From the NCBI GenBank assembly GCA_963693365.1, contig CAVNZM010000023.1, positions 1 to 64,000 on the forward strand: a DNA stretch of 64,000 bases, in the 5' to 3' direction. Positions 59,880 to 64,000 of the stretch are shown here, one piece after another. The stretch comes from Amoebidium appalachense. Taxonomy: Eukaryota; Protista; Ichthyosporea. The position numbers and the translations under genes were made by a program. The notes below the pieces were generated by a model. The model saw only the letters and a program-made list of their open reading frames with translations, searched no databases and was not told the origin of the DNA. How positions within the stretch are numbered: position 1 is the first letter of the stretch; each line of letters begins with the position of its first letter.

Positions 59880-60562
59880 AAATCGATATCGCAATATGAT
59901 TGGTCCGCCATGATGTAAAGATATTTTCGCGCCAAATGATTGGTTCGCGGGCGGTTCACGTGTCACTTCGTGTCACTTGGCTATTTCGATTGGTCCGCCC
60001 TGAATTAAAAACCGGTTTCGGCCGGGCGGACCAATAAAAAGTTCGCCCAGATGCCAGCCATTGGATGGAGTCAGAGGAATTATTTTTGATTAGTTCACAT
60101 GGTTAAATTTGAAGCTCTGATTTGTCGCCATGGGTCGCGTGTTCTTCATCTATTGGTTTATTGTTGAAGCATAAATTTCATTGCAAGTCTGAAGCGCCCA
60201 ACGCGGTGCACATCGATATATATATATATTCCGCGGCTCACGGATCGAAACACCATCAAATAATCGAAATCGCAATATGATTGGTCCGCCATGATGTGAA
60301 GATATTTGCGCGCGAAATGATTGGTTTGCTGACGGTTAACGGGCCAATCATAAGTTCGCCAAGGTGCCAGCCATTGGAAGGAGTCGGAGGAATTATTTTT
60401 GGTTTGTTCATACGGTTTTCAACAAAGGTCTGATTGGTTGCGGTGGGTCGCGTGTTCTTCATCTATTGGCTTATTGTGTTGAAAGCTTAATTTTCATTGG
60501 ATATCTGAAGCGCCCAACGCGGTGTACATCGATATATATACGCGGCACGCGGGTCGAAACCC
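59880..60562. promoter_or_regulatory. Duplicated CCAAT-rich divergent promoter region
   Basis: About 59880-60255 is similar to about 60260-60562. Many ATTGG/CCAAT motifs, with TATA-like runs near the unit ends. Confidence 0.55.
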
Positions 60563-60596
60563 TCAGTGCACACAAGTAAAAGACACATCATTCAGT

Positions 60597-62003
60597 ATGG
60601 CGCACCTCGACAGCTTCCTTCCTGATTTTACCCAGTTAGACGCGGAGTGTGCCCATCGGGGTTTCGGTTTGCTTGCCTCCCAATCCCCAACGTTCGAAGA
60701 TGACGTGCGTCTGTTCCTGAAAAGCATGAAGCCGTCCGCCAGAATCCAAGACATAGCCGCTGAAGCCGGCAGGTCAACACTCCTGTTCACCACCAAGTTT
60801 GCACAACTCCAGGCCTTAGACTCGGGCGGGATCAGGAGAGTTGCAAAGACTTTTCACCCGGACAAGCAGTCACCGAACTTGTCCGCGGAGCTAAGCAAGG
60901 CGATGACGGACACCTACATCGTCCTCGGTCGCTTGTCGTGTGGAAAGAATGCCGAGACCTACATCGCTTCGGTGGAATTTCACGAGAGTTACCTCCACTA
61001 CGGTTGCGTATTCAGCCGCGCTAACCGCGAGAACGACGAGAAAGAAACGCGTTGTGGCCAATACCTCAAAGATTGGGTGGAAGGTCTTCAACGCGCAGGA
61101 AAGATTAACAACCACGGTTTGACACAGGACGCAGAGTGCATCACGATCACGGACACGGACACGGACACGGGAACGGAGACACCGGACTCGGACTCTGATG
61201 ACACGGGCATACAGGACCACTCGGACACGAACAAAAACGTTCTTGCCATAGAGCCACCCATCACACACGACGACCAATTCAACCTCCTGTCCGTCACGGA
61301 GGCAGTCAAGAAGAAGTCCGGTGGCAAGGAGGCTCGGAAGCACGCGGGTGTGTTGGTGTGGGGGGTCGACCGGGAGCTTCCCAAGGCAAACGAATGGGGA
61401 GAACGTGCACACTACAACGGCGAGTTTGTTCGCAAAAAAGACGACCCCATTCCCAAAATCGGCAAAGTGGGCGATCCCTATGTGCTGGCAACCCTTGCTG
61501 CAGACATCGAACACAAGCATGCTACCTGGCCATCCCACCTTGCCGACTCTCGTCTTCCCGCACTAGGACGCTTCCTTGCAGGGTTTCTCGACAAGCGTCG
61601 CACAGCCCCAAAAGTGTGGCCCCCACCTGTGCATTTTGCGCACGTGCAGATCCGTCTCAACTTCGCATTCAGAGACTACGATCAACTCGAACCCTTAGTA
61701 TACAATAGCAAGGACAAGACTACGATGGGCCACACCCGTTGGCTTAATACGTACGGCATTGAGCGCAACCAAAACAACATCATTTACATTGTCCGGGCCG
61801 ACAACCCCCTTTCAGTCGAGTGGGAGGAACTGGAGGGGAAGCTCCCTATGACACTGCGAGATTTCGCAAGATATGTCGGTCCGAAGGCAAAGCGCCTGGC
61901 CGCTCCCAGCGCCGAGGGCATGCAGGCCAGCAAGAGCACAAGGCGCAAACGGGAGGCCACCCCCCCCACCAAGCCAGCCAAGAAGGCCAGGAAGACCATG
62001 TAG
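60597..62003 (+). CDS. Hypothetical protein with J-domain-like segment (HPD), paralog B
   Basis: IRRVAKTFHPDK...AMTDTYIVL; acidic linker and basic NLS-like C-terminus. Confidence 0.75.
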   Translation: MAHLDSFLPDFTQLDAECAHRGFGLLASQSPTFEDDVRLFLKSMKPSARIQDIAAEAGRSTLLFTTKFAQLQALDSGGIRRVAKTFHPDKQSPNLSAELSKAMTDTYIVLGRLSCGKNAETYIASVEFHESYLHYGCVFSRANRENDEKETRCGQYLKDWVEGLQRAGKINNHGLTQDAECITITDTDTDTGTETPDSDSDDTGIQDHSDTNKNVLAIEPPITHDDQFNLLSVTEAVKKKSGGKEARKHAGVLVWGVDRELPKANEWGERAHYNGEFVRKKDDPIPKIGKVGDPYVLATLAADIEHKHATWPSHLADSRLPALGRFLAGFLDKRRTAPKVWPPPVHFAHVQIRLNFAFRDYDQLEPLVYNSKDKTTMGHTRWLNTYGIERNQNNIIYIVRADNPLSVEWEELEGKLPMTLRDFARYVGPKAKRLAAPSAEGMQASKSTRRKREATPPTKPAKKARKTM

Positions 62004-62454
62004 GCATGTCAGACCTGCAACAAGACCATGTAGGCATGTAGGCAATAACGCTGGCGTTGCGTGGATGTGTGTGTGTGGTCATGGTATTGGTGATATTGCG
62101 TAAGGCTGCTACAGCGATGGCTATTTTTGCTTTCGTGTTCAACCATCAGTATTCAATTTACACACCATGTTCTGTCTTTTGGTTTCGGTGTTGGCAATAG
62201 AGATATGTAATTGCACACCGACATGTGTCAACGGTTCGTAGTCTTTGCTTCTGTTTGTCAGCACTGCCAAGGTTTGTATCCATCAAAAATATATCTGAAT
62301 ATCAAATGGAATACGTGGTCACGAATGTCCACCACAGCGCTGTGCGTTGTGTGTTGTGTTGTATGTATTGTCATGTGTATATGAAAATAAAGTATTTTCA
62401 GGTCCTTGTATTTTTTCGGTTTCGTCTTTTGAGTCTTTAAGGCTTTCGGCAAAA

Positions 62455-63115
62455 CGCAACTCTTGCAAAGTCTTTCGGTTCCGCACCGCGGCCAACACGA
62501 CTCTTGCAATTTTTCATTTTTCAGAGTCTTTGGGCTCCGCACCGCGGCCAACGCGACTCTTGCAATTTTTCTGAGTCTTTCGGCTCCGCACCGCGGCCAA
62601 CACGACTCTTGCAATTTTTCATTCTTCAGAGTCTTTGGGCTCCGCACCGCGGCCAACGCGACTCTTGCAATTTTTCTGAGTCTTTCGGCTCCGCACCGCG
62701 GCCAACACGACTCTTGCAATTTTTCATTTTTCAGAGTCTTTGGGCTCCGCACCGCGGCCATTTTTTTCTGGTCTTTCGGCTCCGCACCGCGGCCAACACG
62801 ACTCTTGCAATTTTTCATTTTTCAGAGTCTTTGGGCTCCGCACCGCGGCCAACACGACTCTTGCAATTTTTCATTTTTCAGAGTCTTTGGGCTCCGCACC
62901 GCGGCCAACGCGACTCTTGCAATTTTTCTGAGTCGCCCGCGGCACACGACTCTTGCATTTTTCATTTTTCAGAGTTTTGGGCTCCGCACCGCGGCCAACG
63001 CGACTCTTGCAATTTTTCATTTTTCAGAGTCTTTGGGCTCCGCACCGCGGCCAACGCGACGCTTGCAATTTTTCTAGTCTTTCGGCTCCGCACCGCGGCC
63101 AACGCGACGCTTGCG
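62455..63115. repeat. ~49/58-bp tandem repeat array (core CTCCGCACCGCGGCCAAC.CGACTCTTGCAATTTTT), about a dozen units
   Basis: Directly visible, with alternating long and short variants. Confidence 0.95.
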
Positions 63116-63646
63116 TACACAATCTTGCGCGGGAAGAACGCGGGATGGTCTTTCTTGTTGTCTCCGCAGCGCGCGTTTCTCAAGCCTTGATTATGGTTAC
63201 GATCTCTTCGCTAAGAAAAGTCTCCACATCACCGGCGAGTACGGTTCTAGGAATTGGTCGGCGTACACAAACATGCGGCGACGGCGCCGCGCTCGTGCCC
63301 TGGCTGCGTGGGTCTTCTTTCTTTTGCGAATACACATAACACAAACGGTTGATATCCTGAGTGTAGCCCGCTGCCAGGGCCTATTTCGTTGATTTTTCGA
63401 ACGCGCTGCATGCCGATCGCAACCCCAGATTAGCTAATCAAATGCCGTCGATTGACATTTTCACAAATCGAATGTCTTGCCAATCAATTGGATCTGGTAT
63501 AGGTCAATCAAATGCCGTCAATTGACATTTCAACCAATCGAATATCTCACCAACCAATAGGAGCGTCCGTTCCAGACTGCGCCGAATGCAAAGCCAATCA
63601 CGTCAGTTTCTTTAATAATCATCCAATCCAAGCGACCCAAGAATGC

Positions 63647-64000
63647 TTAAAATCGATGCGCACTTGCAACCATCCCACCACTTTTCTTCTGGTCTTTCGC
63701 CGCGCCAGCAGCAACATGGCGGCACATACTGTCAGGTATTATGCGGACTGGCTTGGCCTGTCTCCTACAACAAACCACATCCGCCTCGTCATTAGCGATG
63801 CATACATAGGGAAAATTTCCTCGGATATAACGGCTTCTTGTGCCCTTGTGGACCTCTCGAGGAATGCAAACAGGCTTGTCACAGGCGCTCTCCGCCGTCT
63901 TGAAATACTCGTCGACTACCCTACGCCATATGGAGGCGAGGATCAGGGCAGAAATGCCGCGGCAGCGTCCAGATTCTATGGTGAATGGTTCCATTGGCTC
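63647..64000 (-). CDS. 3' part of hypothetical protein running off the window
   Basis: Open frame to the window edge; not identified. Confidence 0.4.
   Translation of the reverse strand, partial: EPMEPFTIESGRCRGISALILASIWRRVVDEYFKTAESACDKPVCIPREVHKGTRSRYIRGNFPYVCIANDEADVVCCRRQAKPVRIIPDSMCRHVAAGAAKDQKKSGGMVASAHRF

Larger units (their letters stand above)
31700..64000. mobile_element. Giant endogenous viral element (Nucleocytoviricota-like), continuing past window end
   Basis: Abrupt switch to long intronless ORFs, near loss of microsatellites, and high CpG. The gene set (YqaJ, D5-type helicase, KilA-N, T5orf172, BRO-like, DUF5760-like, C5 MTases) is typical of large DNA viruses. No hallmark capsid or polB gene is in the window. 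Confidence 0.8.

Noticed and set aside
31700-64000. Bacterial contaminant or prophage
   Set aside because: Eukaryote-type C2H2 and meiotic-clade AAA genes and CCAAT-rich intergenic DNA, with no bacterial housekeeping or phage structural genes recognised.

Overview
Eukaryotic genomic DNA in two distinct halves. (1) About 1-31.5 kb is host-like, intron-rich and full of (CA)n and poly-C/G tracts. It holds a 12-exon argJ/ARG7 ornithine acetyltransferase gene (16136-26202, minus), a probable 3-exon secreted-peptide gene, and a cluster of retroelements. These are a tandem copia-type TRIM (452-2207) and an internally deleted Ngaro/DIRS tyrosine-recombinase retrotransposon (4421-8357) inserted in an LTR-like repeat. 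Inside the Ngaro gag lies a 659-bp TRIM whose LTRs each carry a complete tRNA-like Pol III unit. (2) From about 31.7 kb to the end the DNA is intronless, gene-dense and CpG-rich, and looks like a giant endogenous viral element of Nucleocytoviricota type. It encodes a YqaJ nuclease, KilA-N/T5orf172 and BRO-like proteins, a D5-type SF3 helicase, AAA+ ATPases, a C2H2 zinc finger, a Z1-type SF2 helicase, two tandem C5 DNA methyltransferases and a head-to-head pair of J-domain-like paralogs, with three tandem-repeat arrays. No capsid, polB or packaging ATPase gene is visible, so the viral call is an inference. All family calls come from motif recognition by eye; no searches were run.
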